A DNA stretch of 64,000 bases from Candidatus Poribacteria bacterium (GTDB lineage: Bacteria > Poribacteria > WGA-4E > PCPOR2b), in the NCBI GenBank assembly GCA_965247655.1, contig OZ252032.1, forward strand, positions 5,339,843 to 5,403,842, read 5' to 3'. The stretch's first letter is position 1, and each line of letters opens with the position of its first letter. A program made the translations under genes and the position numbers. Under the pieces are notes generated by a model. It was not told the DNA's origin and made no database searches. It worked only from the letters and a program-made list of their open reading frames with translations. Positions 10,452-21,031 of this stretch are shown here, in pieces.

Positions 10452-10524
10452 TGGAGCATATCGGACTTGAACCGATGACTTCTTGCATGCCATGCAAGCG
10501 CTCTCCCAACTGAGCTAATGCCCC
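10452..10524 (-). tRNA. tRNA-Ala (anticodon GGC)
   Basis: Minus-strand read GGGGCATTAGCTCAGTTGGGAGAGCGCTTGCATGGCATGCAAGAAGTCATCGGTTCAAGTCCGATATGCTCCA; G3:U70 Ala identity pair, anticodon loop ATGGCAT, T-loop GGTTCAAGTCC; CCA not encoded. Confidence 0.9.
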
Positions 10525-10594
10525 ACTTGAATATTTTTATTTTACCATATCAACCCGCGAAGCGCAAGGAAAAATCAGCCTTCTCTGAAAACCA

Positions 10595-11413
10595 TCATGA
10601 ACCTGTACTGTGATAGCACCGCAGCCCACTACACCAGAGCAGATAGCTAACACAGAGCATCACTAGTGCAACAACCGGTGCTCCAAATTGAAAGAGTTCA
10701 GGCATACCGAGAAACTCGTCTTTCTGAAGAAGCTGCTGGGCGGGATAATACGTCACAAAAGCGACGGGGAGAACAAACGTCAAAAGCAGCCGCACGGCGA
10801 GTGGATAGATGGAAATGGGAAACATTGCCGCTTCTTTGGTGGCGGTAATGAGCAGATCCGTCAATTTACCCGATTTTGTCGTCCATAGCGCGACGGTCGC
10901 ACTGATGAGCATGAGTGCGAACATAATCAGTGTGCCACTCAGAATCGTTGTGAGGGTGAACAGCGCGACGTTCAACGTCCAACGAATCTCGGTCAAGTGG
11001 AACGCAACAACGAAGATAACAACACTTGTCAATGCCCGCGAAACATGAATTAATTCTATACGGCTTGCAAGAATGTAGAATAGTGGTGGCACAGGTCTAA
11101 TCAGTACACCGTCCAACTCGCCGCGGATGATATATCGGTCAAAATCGTCCAACTGGCTCCCCAATATCCGCATGAATGAGTACGCCAAGTTCCCTAAGCC
11201 GTACAGGAATACCACTTCTGCCCACGTCCAGCCATTAACGGTGCGAAACTTGGCGAGCAGCGCGCCCAATAAACCGAGCAAGCAGACTTCGCTGATAACA
11301 ATGCCGAAGCACATAAAACCAAACGAGAGCCGGTATTGAAGCCGGGAACGCATATACGCGCCAGCGAGAAGAAAGTAGAGTTTGAAGTAGCGTCGCACAA
11401 TCGATCCTTCCAT
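10595..11413 (-). CDS. ABC-2 family transporter permease
   Basis: Six predicted TM helices; operon with ABC ATPase; AAGGAAG RBS. Confidence 0.65.
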   Translation of the reverse strand: MEGSIVRRYFKLYFLLAGAYMRSRLQYRLSFGFMCFGIVISEVCLLGLLGALLAKFRTVNGWTWAEVVFLYGLGNLAYSFMRILGSQLDDFDRYIIRGELDGVLIRPVPPLFYILASRIELIHVSRALTSVVIFVVAFHLTEIRWTLNVALFTLTTILSGTLIMFALMLISATVALWTTKSGKLTDLLITATKEAAMFPISIYPLAVRLLLTFVLPVAFVTYYPAQQLLQKDEFLGMPELFQFGAPVVALVMLCVSYLLWCSGLRCYHSTGS

Positions 11414-11472
11414 ACTTCCTTAAGATGTAGGGAACGCAGATCTGCGTTCCCTACGATTCCAATGTGCTCGCT

Positions 11473-12270
11473 CTATCCGCCCTGAATCACCAATTTACGG
11501 AAAGCCGCTCGGTATGCCAACCGTCCAACCCCGACCAACATAACCACCCAAGTCAATTGTATCAACAGTGCCGTAACGAGGTTCTCTCCTATTAATTGAC
11601 CGGTGTAAATGGCAGTTGGAAAATAGATAATAGCACGAAACGGCAAGACCGCCGCAACTTTGGCTAAAAAAGCAGGATAAAACTCCAAAGGCAAAAAGTA
11701 GCCGGAAAACAACATAGCCAGCCCCCATATAACAAAGGCGTAAATACCGCGGATCTCGACAAGCCAGAAGGCAAAGATACCGATTATAAATTCTATACTG
11801 AACAGAATGACATACCCTAAAACCACGCTAATGAGAAAGAGAAAAACAGTCAAAAGCGATGGCGGTAGCGATAGCCCAAACACACCGTAAAACAGCAAGA
11901 ATTTTGGGAGCATATTGAATAGCACCGTATGGCTTGAAGTTCCCGCAGCTGTCGCAAACGTCATCAATTGGAAATCAATTGGTTTCATTAAATCGGTGAC
12001 TACCTCGCCCGTGCGTACCTTCTCTTCGATAATACGCGCCACCCGGAGTGTGAATGTGAAGGTCAACAAGGTTTGTGAGACGACGATGTACGTCAGAATC
12101 CTGTTCAGGTCGTATCCTTCTACCGATGTCCGCCCTGTGTATAACGCCTTCCACAGATAGACATAGATCAGCATGAACAGCACGTTGATAAACAGTTCCA
12201 TCCACAACTCGAACCGATATGTCAGCGTCCGTTGAAAGGCTTTCGTCGTAAAAGTGAGATATTTTTTCAT
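11473..12270 (-). CDS. ABC-2 family transporter permease
   Basis: Polytopic membrane protein immediately downstream of the ABC ATPase. Confidence 0.65.
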   Translation of the reverse strand: MKKYLTFTTKAFQRTLTYRFELWMELFINVLFMLIYVYLWKALYTGRTSVEGYDLNRILTYIVVSQTLLTFTFTLRVARIIEEKVRTGEVVTDLMKPIDFQLMTFATAAGTSSHTVLFNMLPKFLLFYGVFGLSLPPSLLTVFLFLISVVLGYVILFSIEFIIGIFAFWLVEIRGIYAFVIWGLAMLFSGYFLPLEFYPAFLAKVAAVLPFRAIIYFPTAIYTGQLIGENLVTALLIQLTWVVMLVGVGRLAYRAAFRKLVIQGG

Positions 12271-12290
12271 TATGATACGATCGCCGGGTA

Positions 12291-13274
12291 TTAGTGCATG
12301 CCTAACTCATAGATGCGTCGGACAATCTCCTCAATCTCCGGTTCCGATATCGTTAAATCCTGAATCTCATAGCGCGCCGTCAACTGCGCGATGACTTCGG
12401 AGGCTGAAATGGTATCGCGGTCAAATGCGAGCCAGATACGATTTCCGTCGTGCCGGGTCAGATCTACCTCCTCAAGTTGAATATCGGAATACGCTTGTGC
12501 GAGGTCAACGACGAGCATCCGGGTTTTGCCGTAACGCTTTTTCAAGGCATCAATCCCACCGTCATAGATGATTTTGCCGCTGTCAATGATAACCAATCGC
12601 TGGCAAACCTTCTCGACATCGTTGAGGTCATGCGTCGTCAGAATAACCGTGACTTGGCGTTCCGCGTTGACTTGCCTCAGAAACTGACGCACCTGCTCTT
12701 TGGCAACCACATCCAAGCCGATCGTCGGCTCATCTAAGTATAAGATCTCCGGATTATGTAGCAGTGCTGCCGTCAGATCGCACCGCATCCGTTGTCCGAG
12801 ACTTAATCTTCGCACCGGCGTGGACAGAAATGGCTGCAATCGCAACAGTTCGCTGAAAAATTCGAGGTTCTGTTTGTACAGATTCTGCGGGATTTCGTAG
12901 ATATGCTTGAGCAGTTCAAAGGAGTCGATAACGGGTAGATCCCACCAGAGTTGGGTTCGTTGTCCAAACACCACGCCGATCCGGCGAGTATTTTCCTTCC
13001 GGTGGCGATATGGCGTCAATCCCATCACGTCAATATGTCCCGACGTTGGCACAAGGATCCCTGTCAGCATCTTGATGGTTGTCGATTTTCCCGCTCCGTT
13101 GGCTCCGATATATCCGACCAATTCCCCACGATCAAGGGTGAAATTCACATCATCAACCGCTTTGATAATATCGTGCTGGCGTGAGACCGTGCTACTAAGA
13201 TTTCCCCAGAACCCGGTGCGGCGTTTATGGACTTTGAAATGTTTGCTGAGGTGTTCGACTGTGATAATTGGCAT
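12291..13274 (-). CDS. ABC transporter ATP-binding protein
   Basis: Walker A GANGAGKST, signature LSLGQRMR, Walker B ILYLDEPT. Confidence 0.9.
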   Translation of the reverse strand: MPIITVEHLSKHFKVHKRRTGFWGNLSSTVSRQHDIIKAVDDVNFTLDRGELVGYIGANGAGKSTTIKMLTGILVPTSGHIDVMGLTPYRHRKENTRRIGVVFGQRTQLWWDLPVIDSFELLKHIYEIPQNLYKQNLEFFSELLRLQPFLSTPVRRLSLGQRMRCDLTAALLHNPEILYLDEPTIGLDVVAKEQVRQFLRQVNAERQVTVILTTHDLNDVEKVCQRLVIIDSGKIIYDGGIDALKKRYGKTRMLVVDLAQAYSDIQLEEVDLTRHDGNRIWLAFDRDTISASEVIAQLTARYEIQDLTISEPEIEEIVRRIYELGMH

Positions 13275-13400
13275 TTTTTTTAGCGTCAGGTTATCAGGAG
13301 GTTGATTTGAAAAAAAACAGAATTATTTGCATCAAGAGGGGGTTACATTATACCATATTTAATCTATGCCTTCTTCTTAGATGAGTTAGGAAGTAGAACT

Positions 13401-13719
13401 ATGACTATTATCAACCCCAAAATGACTGAAACGTTCATAAAAGTTGGTGGACTCCGGCTATGGACAATCGTGCAAGGGAGAGGTGTTCCAGTGGTTCTGT
13501 GCAGCGGCGGTCCCGGTTGCTGCGACTATCTCAGTCCGATTGCTGGAATGCTCGATGATCTGTGCCAAGTGATGCGATTCGATCACCGCGGTTGCGGTCG
13601 CTCCGACGAAACTGAATCCTATACGGTGGAAACGTGCATTGAGGATTTGGAGGGGATTCGTCAACACTACGGCATCGAGCGTTGGCTTATATTTGGGCAT
13701 TCATTCGGAGCAGACTTAG
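13401..13719 (+). pseudogene. Alpha/beta hydrolase (proline iminopeptidase-like), 5' part, interrupted by IS insertion
   Basis: Nucleophile elbow GHSFGAD at the break; reading frame continues in 14606..15040 after the IS. Confidence 0.8.
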
Positions 13720-14605
13720 AACCTGTTTTAAAAGTCATTTGATGCGGTTCCGCATCAAGTAAATGGAAGCAATATACACCATAGCCTCAGCGGTCTCAGC
13801 CGAGCGTTCATAGTCCAAAGTCAATCGGCGAAACCAACCGAACCAAGAAAAGGTGCGCTCCACAATCCAACGTAATGGGACGACCACAAATCCCGATTGC
13901 CCAAGAGATGGAGCAATGTCCAATTGACACTGATGCGTTAAATATAGCCAGTCGCCTAATTCTCCGCGATAGCCAGCATCAGCACAGACTAACTGAATCG
14001 TTATCTGCCAACTAAAGACCTCGTTTAGTAACTCTATTGCGACTCGATTATCACTGACATTGGCATCAGTGACTTTGACTCCCAATGGAATGCCAATTGT
14101 ATCGGTGACTATATGGCGTTTACGACCTTTGACTTTCTTGTGCCCATTAAACCCTCTACTATCTGCCAGTTCGGTCGTCTTGACCGATTGGCTGTCAATG
14201 ATAGCTACGGTCGGTGACGGGGATTTGCCAATATCACTACGGGTTTGCTCGTGAAGTGCTTGATGAATCATAACCCATGTCCCTAAAGTTTTCCACTTTC
14301 TGAAGTGGGAATAGACCGTTTGCCACGGTGGCATGTGACGCGGCAACATTCGCCACTGACACCCTGATTTGACTATATAGAAAATAGCGTTGATAATTGA
14401 GCGCATCTCCCACTTGAGAGGTCTACCTATGGGTGAAGGTTCTGGCAAATAGGGTAACAGTTTGTCCCACTGGGCATCGGTCAAATCTGTAGGATACTTT
14501 GGTGTAGTCATGTTTAGGCCTTTCATTAGGTCAGTAGTTTACTGCTCTAATGGTTTAACATAAACATTAACTTTTGAATAGCCTTTTTCTTTTTAAAACA
14601 GGTTC
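13720..14605 (-). mobile_element. IS5-family insertion sequence (IS427-like group, about 886 bp)
   Basis: Perfect 16-bp terminal inverted repeats (GAACCTGTTTTAAAAG at 13719-13734, CTTTTAAAACAGGTTC at 14589-14605), 4-bp target duplication TTAG (13716-13719 and 14606-14609; fits IS5 YTAR target), single DDE transposase ORF. Confidence 0.85.
13735..14526 (-). CDS. IS5-family DDE transposase
   Basis: N-terminal LPxxPPWQTVYSHFRKW motif (DUF4096-like) and DDE_Tnp_1-like C-terminus. Confidence 0.85.
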   Translation of the reverse strand: MKGLNMTTPKYPTDLTDAQWDKLLPYLPEPSPIGRPLKWEMRSIINAIFYIVKSGCQWRMLPRHMPPWQTVYSHFRKWKTLGTWVMIHQALHEQTRSDIGKSPSPTVAIIDSQSVKTTELADSRGFNGHKKVKGRKRHIVTDTIGIPLGVKVTDANVSDNRVAIELLNEVFSWQITIQLVCADAGYRGELGDWLYLTHQCQLDIAPSLGQSGFVVVPLRWIVERTFSWFGWFRRLTLDYERSAETAEAMVYIASIYLMRNRIK

Positions 14606-15040
14606 TTAGCGTTAGCTTATTCCCTGCGTTATGGTAAGCATGTACAAGGATTTGTTTGTCTATCGGGGGGCAGGATTCACAATGACCGTGACTGGCACCG
14701 GGTCTATAGCCAGCGACGCGATCAGGGGCTTGAAACACCACCAGAGCAAGACTATCCAGCAAATATGGAAGTCAACAGGCAAGTCAATAAATCATGGAAA
14801 CAGTTTATCAAGCGTCCATCACTACTTGCGGAATTGTCAAAATTGAAGATACCGGGTATTTTCATATATGGCGCACAAGATATCAGACCGAGTTGGCCCG
14901 TGGAACAAGTTGCTCAATTGATACCCAATGCAGAAATGGAAATCTTCGAGAGTGCGAATCACCAGATTTGGCTTGGGCATGAGGAATTGTTGCGAAGCTG
15001 TTTGAGAGAATTTGTACTCAAGCATATCCAAAGTAGATGA
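14606..15040 (+). pseudogene. Alpha/beta hydrolase, 3' part (continues 13401..13719)
   Basis: In-frame continuation LALAYSLRYGKHVQGFVCLSGG...ANHQIWLGHEELL (catalytic His region). Confidence 0.8.
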
Positions 15041-15138
15041 CAGTAGCATTTGCAGGCAGATCTTCCATTTTTACCAACCGAAACCTTGGCAAAGTACGTA
15101 ATCCTTTTCACCCTTCTGTTAAGAACTTGAGGTAACCA

Positions 15139-15543
15139 ATGCAAGATTACGACTATAGTCTTACATGGTATCACGGCTCTCAGCAAGAGCTGACCACACT
15201 TGGGGTCGGAAGTTCAATTACACAGAACAGAAATGTAGCAAAAGCGTTCTCTCACAGACCGTCCCTGCTCACCCTGTCTAAGGGCGGTACGGTGAAGCAC
15301 GATGGCGTGACACCCGGTTATCTCTATACCGTTGCCGATGAGATTGGTCCCAATGATGTGTATCCACATCCCCATCCGGCGAATGTCACTCGCTGGGAGT
15401 GGCTGACCAACCGAGAATTGAAACTGGAATTAATCGAACAGACTATCGTGACGGACAAGGAACGTCTGACAGACCAAGAAATTGCAGAGATAAAGCGGAA
15501 ACAGGAGGAAAGGGGCGAGCAGACTTTCACGGAGTGTGTTTGA
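15139..15543 (+). CDS. Hypothetical protein
   Basis: ORF with TGAGGT RBS; no family recognised. Confidence 0.45.
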   Translation: MQDYDYSLTWYHGSQQELTTLGVGSSITQNRNVAKAFSHRPSLLTLSKGGTVKHDGVTPGYLYTVADEIGPNDVYPHPHPANVTRWEWLTNRELKLELIEQTIVTDKERLTDQEIAEIKRKQEERGEQTFTECV

Positions 15544-15657
15544 TCTGAGTTGCTACCTATTCCAGAGAAACCAATTTTTGCAGATATTAAACAAGTCGGG
15601 TGTGTTTGCGCTCAAGCATAAATGCTTGGGATTCCATACCTAAAGGTTAATCATTGA

Positions 15658-16563
15658 ATGACTAACGCCGAAAACCACCCTATTATTGTGCTTGGTGTAG
15701 AGCGCAGTGGAACCTCTGTCGTTGCTGAGATGGTGCACAGATGGGGTGCGTATGCCGGAGTGCCTGAAATGTTGCATGAAGCGGATGCACATGCGCCCAG
15801 AGGGTATTGGGAATTTCTACCGTTATGGGATTTGTTGGCAGAGTTAGGCGATTTCGCTTCCGGGGCAACTTGGTGGGATCATGACTTCCAACAGCGAATC
15901 GAAGACAAAGCCGCTGACCCCGTGTATAGGACCAAAGCCACCAAATTGATGTCTCAAATGCACAAAGGTGGTCCTTGGTTTTGGAAGGATCCGGCACTCA
16001 GCCATTTTTTGCCGTTTTGGAAACAGATATGGGGCGATGCGATTTATATAATTACAGTTCGCAACCCCCTCGACACCGCAGTGTCGTGGCAGAAGTTCAT
16101 TATGCCATCCAATGTGAAAGTCTGTATTTCGTTTGTCGCAATGAATTTGCTGCGTTGGCAGCACATGATGACGCTGATACTACAGCACACGGAAGATGCA
16201 CAGCACCGACTCTTCCTTGGCTACGAAGATATTATACGTAAACCTCGTGTGCAGGCTGAGAGGCTAGCTGGGTTCCTGAATTTGAAGTTTGAGAACCGAA
16301 TCCCACCGATTCAGGCGATGGTTGAGGCGGTTGATCCCCAGCTATGGCGAAACGATTGCCGGATGCCGTTTGACCAAGTGCCGGAGGCAACAGAGAGCCA
16401 GAAGGCACTCTATTCCTTTGCAAGACAGAAGATCAAAAATCCATTGGAACCGTTCGACATTACAAAGTATCCACTGCCACCCGGATACCTTGAGTTCCTA
16501 AACATTCAAGAGGCTTTACTGAAAGCCTGTCGAGAACTTGAAACACCTCTGATAGAAAGTTGA
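15658..16563 (+). CDS. Sulfotransferase-family protein
   Basis: 5'-PSB-like IIVLGVERSGTS and 3'-PB-like RNPLDTAVS motifs. Confidence 0.55.
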   Translation: MTNAENHPIIVLGVERSGTSVVAEMVHRWGAYAGVPEMLHEADAHAPRGYWEFLPLWDLLAELGDFASGATWWDHDFQQRIEDKAADPVYRTKATKLMSQMHKGGPWFWKDPALSHFLPFWKQIWGDAIYIITVRNPLDTAVSWQKFIMPSNVKVCISFVAMNLLRWQHMMTLILQHTEDAQHRLFLGYEDIIRKPRVQAERLAGFLNLKFENRIPPIQAMVEAVDPQLWRNDCRMPFDQVPEATESQKALYSFARQKIKNPLEPFDITKYPLPPGYLEFLNIQEALLKACRELETPLIES

Positions 16564-17534
16564 TGAAAACACCGGTTGAGGTGCTATTCACGAGCAATAG
16601 CCCTCTATGGGATCGGATAGATAAAAATCTAACAGGAGTAGAGATGGAAATTGTCCAGTATACACCCAAGCTGCAAAGCGTTTTGACGGCATTCTATAAC
16701 CGTCAGACCGTCAATGTTCCACATTGCTACCCGGTCACGGAAGAGGAGTTCGCCCTTGCGATGTGCGGAGTTAATGGTAAACCGGATATACAGGAGACTG
16801 GACTCGATTTTGAGACAGCCTTCGTTGGGATAGAGAACCGTGCTGTACAGGCGTTTATTCACATAGGTATCGGTCAGGTTGGAGATAACAGGGGCGTTAT
16901 TCGGTTTTTGGGGTACGAGCGCGGTGCCCGGCGTGCCGGGCAAGCCGTGCTTGAAAAAGCGGAAGCCTATCTGGAAGCGTGTAACGTCGCCCACATTGAT
17001 GCCTTTTCACAAGACTCTCGATATCGTTTCTATCATTTTGAAAACGCTGGCTTATCGGACGGATTTGACCATGTTCAAGCACTCCTTGGATTCAACGGCT
17101 ATCAATGCTGTTCAGGGGAGGTTTTTTTAGATTGGGAGAACTATTCTGTCACACCAATACCTTCAAGTGCGCCGGTAACGTTTTCTATCGACTGGGAACA
17201 GGGGAGGGGGCAACGTCCCAATTGTACTGTACGTGCCTACCTAGATGGTGAAGAAGTTGGAGAATGTGAGTCTGTCTCCGGCGGCGAGTTTTCAAGCCAC
17301 CCCGATGCACAAGACTGGCTTCATACTATTGGGCTCGATATCGAAGACCCGTATCAAGGGCAAGGTATTGGGCGTTACCTGCTCCAACGCTCGCTTCAAG
17401 AGATGCGTAAAGTCGGGTATCGCCACGCAACGATTAGCACTGACTGGGAGAACTACCGTGCATTTCTGTTTTACAGCAACTGTGGCTATCGCGTCGTGGA
17501 TTGGACTTACGAATTAGAGAAACATTTCGATTAG
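16560..17534 (+). CDS. GNAT-family N-acetyltransferase (C-terminal GNAT, N-terminal uncharacterised domain)
   Basis: C-terminal QGQGIGRYLLQRSLQEMRKVGYRHATIST GNAT core. Confidence 0.6.
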   Translation: MMKTPVEVLFTSNSPLWDRIDKNLTGVEMEIVQYTPKLQSVLTAFYNRQTVNVPHCYPVTEEEFALAMCGVNGKPDIQETGLDFETAFVGIENRAVQAFIHIGIGQVGDNRGVIRFLGYERGARRAGQAVLEKAEAYLEACNVAHIDAFSQDSRYRFYHFENAGLSDGFDHVQALLGFNGYQCCSGEVFLDWENYSVTPIPSSAPVTFSIDWEQGRGQRPNCTVRAYLDGEEVGECESVSGGEFSSHPDAQDWLHTIGLDIEDPYQGQGIGRYLLQRSLQEMRKVGYRHATISTDWENYRAFLFYSNCGYRVVDWTYELEKHFD

Positions 17535-17648
17535 ACAGTCAGAGTAGAAACGCTAGTTGTAACAGGGATGTCCTCGCAAAGCCTGAAGTAATGTTCTTGA
17601 ACAAACTACTATAAGCAAGGCGGAATCCTAAAGGTGAAAGGTATTACC

Positions 17649-18533
17649 ATGGATGAAACAACTGAGATTGGAGCAGAGAACGTATACGATTTTCTTAAAC
17701 AGTTCGCTACAGATATCTCCCTAGCAGATCTGAAACCTGTATCCCATCGTCACCGGGGCGGTGATAGCCTGACCTTCTACTACCGTGACGACAGTATCCT
17801 CAAGGTTCCCCGCCTTAATGATTACCGCCCAGGACTCCTCAAAGAAATTAAACTCACAGAATACCTGCACACACAGTCACTACCCTTCGTTGTGGCAAAA
17901 CCGATCCTAGCGCATGAAGAGGGATTCTATGCGATGTTTTCAAGGATTGATGGTGCTTCGCTTCCGATAGAAGCACTTGAAGAACTTACCCCCGAAGAGT
18001 TGGAATCCTTTGGCAGATCTATCGGCACTTCCCTCTCTTTCTTGCACAATCACAAATTTCCGATCGAGGTCTTGGACTACATCCCACGCGCGGATGATCC
18101 CTTTGAAGTGGCACTTCGTGAGGCAAGGGGGCAGCTCGCTTTTATTGAGAAACACACTGTAGAAGTAGATACAACTCAATGGACTGAAAAGCTAGAAAGC
18201 CTGCGGGAATCCTTAAATCAGCGGTGGGCTGTGGTTCACTGCGATCTCCAAATAAACCACCTACTTTTTGTCCAAGGAAATCTGGAACAACTCGCCGTTA
18301 TCGATTTCGCGGATACGCTGATGCACGATCCCGCCGTAGATCTATCCGAGTTTGCCATAGAAATGTATTCAGATTTATCCCCTGACGGTATTGCAGCCAA
18401 AAAGATTATCAATGCGGTTCTAAAGCATTATCAAACAGACGATTCTGAGATTGAAGCGAAAATCGAGTTTGGACTTCTCCTTTTTGCAATTAGGTGCGCC
18501 TACCAAGAGGCAGTGAAACTTATCCGCTCATGA
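17649..18533 (+). CDS. Aminoglycoside/choline-kinase-type phosphotransferase (APH family)
   Basis: Catalytic loop VVHCDLQINHLLF and IDFADT motif; start at ATG 17649 behind AAAGGTGAAAGG (track start 17634 is GTG). Confidence 0.75.
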   Translation: MDETTEIGAENVYDFLKQFATDISLADLKPVSHRHRGGDSLTFYYRDDSILKVPRLNDYRPGLLKEIKLTEYLHTQSLPFVVAKPILAHEEGFYAMFSRIDGASLPIEALEELTPEELESFGRSIGTSLSFLHNHKFPIEVLDYIPRADDPFEVALREARGQLAFIEKHTVEVDTTQWTEKLESLRESLNQRWAVVHCDLQINHLLFVQGNLEQLAVIDFADTLMHDPAVDLSEFAIEMYSDLSPDGIAAKKIINAVLKHYQTDDSEIEAKIEFGLLLFAIRCAYQEAVKLIRS

Positions 18534-18675
18534 ACTTTCCCGTTGCCATTTCTCCGAAGATGGTATAATTAGACTTGGATGTTTTCAGGGTTATGGTCCT
18601 TTTGAGGTTGTCAAGTCACCATAGTCAATGAAGCTGCTATATTTATACTTTTCTCTGATACAGAAAGGAAATTCT

Positions 18676-19839
18676 ATGAAGATTAAAGAAATTCGCGTTG
18701 TAGAAATTGAGTTAAATCCGAAACCGACAACACCCCCACGGACACCGAGTCGGTCCGGAACGTATCAAATGAATCGACCCATTTCCCGTTACCCAACGTT
18801 CGACAAAAAAGAGGGAGATGTCTCCTTAGAATGGAAAAGGCCCGCATGTATTGTGACAGCGGAAGATGGCACTTGGGGATTTGGTATATCGCTTCATGGC
18901 GGTCCTGTGACCCGAATCATCACAGATTACTTTGCCCCGCGTCTCGTTGGCGAAAATTGCATGGCGACTGAGAAATTGTGGGACATGATGGTACGGTCAT
19001 CAGCCGCCTTTGGTACGACAGGTTTGACCAGTTACGCGATCAGCGCGATCGACTGTGCCCTGTGGGATCTCAAAGGCAAAATTCTGAAGAGACCTGTTTA
19101 TGAATTGCTGGGTGGACCACAGAAGGAGAAAATCTTCTGCTACGCTTCTGGCTTTGATCAGGAATGGTATATGGAGCTTGGATTCAAAGCGACAAAATTA
19201 TTCACACCTTACGGTCCGGAGCAGGGGAAAGAGGGCTTAATCAAGCTCGAAGAATTGGTGGCGAGCACGCGAGAAGTGATCGGCGATAAAGTTGAATTGA
19301 TGTTGGATGCTTGGACCGGTTTTGACGTTGAACATACCGTGCGCGTCTGCGAGATCATGAAACCTTACGGCTTGAAGTGGATGGAAGATTATATTCCCCC
19401 TGATGATTTTGTGGGGTACGAAACAGTCCGTCAACGCATTCCTTGGCAAACGCTCGCTACGGGAGAACACTGGTATCTACCAACTGTCTTTGCTGCTGCC
19501 GCGGGTCGGCGGTTAGTCGACATCTTCCAGCCAGACGTTTTGTGGTGTGGCGGTATCACTGCCGCAGCCAAAATCTGTCACATTGCTGAAGCGAACGGTA
19601 TCTCTGTGATTACGCACGGCGGAATGAATTATCCCTACGGTCAACATCTGTCATTTGCCATGCCTGCCATCACGTGGGGCGAGCGGTCCGAAGGTATTTC
19701 TCCTCCCGGTGTGCCGCTTGAAGAGATGGCCAAGTTGCCCGGTACTTCAGTCATCAAAGATGGTTACCTCGTACCATCGGAGGCCCCCGGTTTCGGTCTT
19801 GAAATTGATGAAGCTTGGATAGAGAGTGTCAGTAAATAG
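18676..19839 (+). CDS. Enolase-superfamily enzyme (mandelate racemase / sugar-acid dehydratase-like)
   Basis: AISAIDCALWDLKGK, LMLDAWTGFD, ATGEH motifs; start at ATG 18676 behind AAAGGAA. Confidence 0.8.
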   Translation: MKIKEIRVVEIELNPKPTTPPRTPSRSGTYQMNRPISRYPTFDKKEGDVSLEWKRPACIVTAEDGTWGFGISLHGGPVTRIITDYFAPRLVGENCMATEKLWDMMVRSSAAFGTTGLTSYAISAIDCALWDLKGKILKRPVYELLGGPQKEKIFCYASGFDQEWYMELGFKATKLFTPYGPEQGKEGLIKLEELVASTREVIGDKVELMLDAWTGFDVEHTVRVCEIMKPYGLKWMEDYIPPDDFVGYETVRQRIPWQTLATGEHWYLPTVFAAAAGRRLVDIFQPDVLWCGGITAAAKICHIAEANGISVITHGGMNYPYGQHLSFAMPAITWGERSEGISPPGVPLEEMAKLPGTSVIKDGYLVPSEAPGFGLEIDEAWIESVSK

Positions 19840-20080
19840 AATAACGCAAATTGCTAGGTATTCTAGTTGGTCAAGTTTCTTATTTCGCCCCGATACTTGG
19901 CAGGGCGGGTCTTCTAGACCGCTCTAACCTTTTCCATAATTTGTAGGTTGGGCTTCCTAGCCCAACCCTCAAAGTCTCAGCGGAGCGACAGGTAGCAACT
20001 TGCGTTAGAATATACAAAGAGGGGAAACATCCTCGGCTATGAATTAGAACAGGTAGATTCATAGAGGAGTATAATTTGAC

Positions 20081-21031
20081 ATGATGTATATTGATTTTGT
20101 CGAAGCCCTATCCGCGGACGATCTGGCGGCTATAAGGAAAGCCGCCAAAACTGACGTTCACTGTCATGCGTACTTTGGCACACGATTAGAGAATGTGGAA
20201 CACTGGTTGGGGCACTCACTGATGAAGGCACCTTCCAAAATGAGTGGACTCGATGCGATGATGGAGTACGCAGATGCGGTCCTAACCCCTCACATAAAAC
20301 ATCGCGAAGGTTTTGAGTTCGTCGCAGCGTCAGCGGTAAGCGATGCAATACAGGATGGCGTGGTTGTGTTTGAGATGAGCTTTGACATTCGGATGGCTGC
20401 CTACTATCCAGATGGCTTAGCTGGGGTTCGGACGTTTATTGAGGCGTTAGTTGACCGGTATCGGACGCAGATTAATCTACGGCCAGAACTTGGCTTTCCC
20501 CGGACGAGTGCCGACAATCCAAGCCTGATGAAGTTAGTGCACCAAGCGATAGAATTCGGTCTGTTTCAGTCAATTGATCTGTATGACCGTCAAGAGGCGT
20601 GCGCTCCTGAGGCTGTGAAGCCCTTGTATGCAAAGGCACAAGCTGCGGGAATGAAACTGAAAGCACATGTTGGAGAGTTTAGGGGTGCGGCGGAGATAAA
20701 GCGGACTGTCGAAGTCCTCGAATTGGACGAAGTCCAACACGGCATTGGCGCATCGGAATCGATTGAAGCCATGCGCTGGCTCTCCGAGAATCAGATTCAG
20801 TTGAATGTGTGCCCAACGAGCAACGTGATGTTGGATGCCGTGTCGGATCTCGCGTCTCATCCCATCCGCGTTTTGTTTGACAACGGTGTGCCGGTGACTA
20901 TTAATACAGATGATCCGATGATATTCGGTCAAAGCGTCTCAGACGAGTATCGAAATCTCTACCAAGCGGGTATCTTCACCGCTCAAGAGTTGGACGATAT
21001 TCGGTGTGCGTCACTTGAAGTGCTTGTTTGA
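20081..21031 (+). CDS. Adenosine/AMP deaminase-family metal-dependent hydrolase
   Basis: TDVHCHAY metal-binding start, HVGEF, and ADA signature-like TINTDDPMIFG. Confidence 0.7.
   Translation: MMYIDFVEALSADDLAAIRKAAKTDVHCHAYFGTRLENVEHWLGHSLMKAPSKMSGLDAMMEYADAVLTPHIKHREGFEFVAASAVSDAIQDGVVVFEMSFDIRMAAYYPDGLAGVRTFIEALVDRYRTQINLRPELGFPRTSADNPSLMKLVHQAIEFGLFQSIDLYDRQEACAPEAVKPLYAKAQAAGMKLKAHVGEFRGAAEIKRTVEVLELDEVQHGIGASESIEAMRWLSENQIQLNVCPTSNVMLDAVSDLASHPIRVLFDNGVPVTINTDDPMIFGQSVSDEYRNLYQAGIFTAQELDDIRCASLEVLV

Noticed and set aside
10149-10493. Minus-strand ORF overlapping the tRNA-Ala and the 9958 gene
   Set aside because: It overlaps a confident tRNA and an RBS-supported gene. It is spurious.
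14631-14846. ORF 14631..14846 as an independent gene
   Set aside because: It is an out-of-frame read across the 3' fragment of the IS-disrupted alpha/beta hydrolase. The hydrolase continuation frame explains the region.
19946-19967. 9-bp-stem hairpin GGTTGGGCT-TCCT-AGCCCAACC as terminator of the 18676..19839 gene
   Set aside because: It lies 100 nt past the stop with no U-tract. It may be structural or regulatory but there is not enough evidence for a terminator call.
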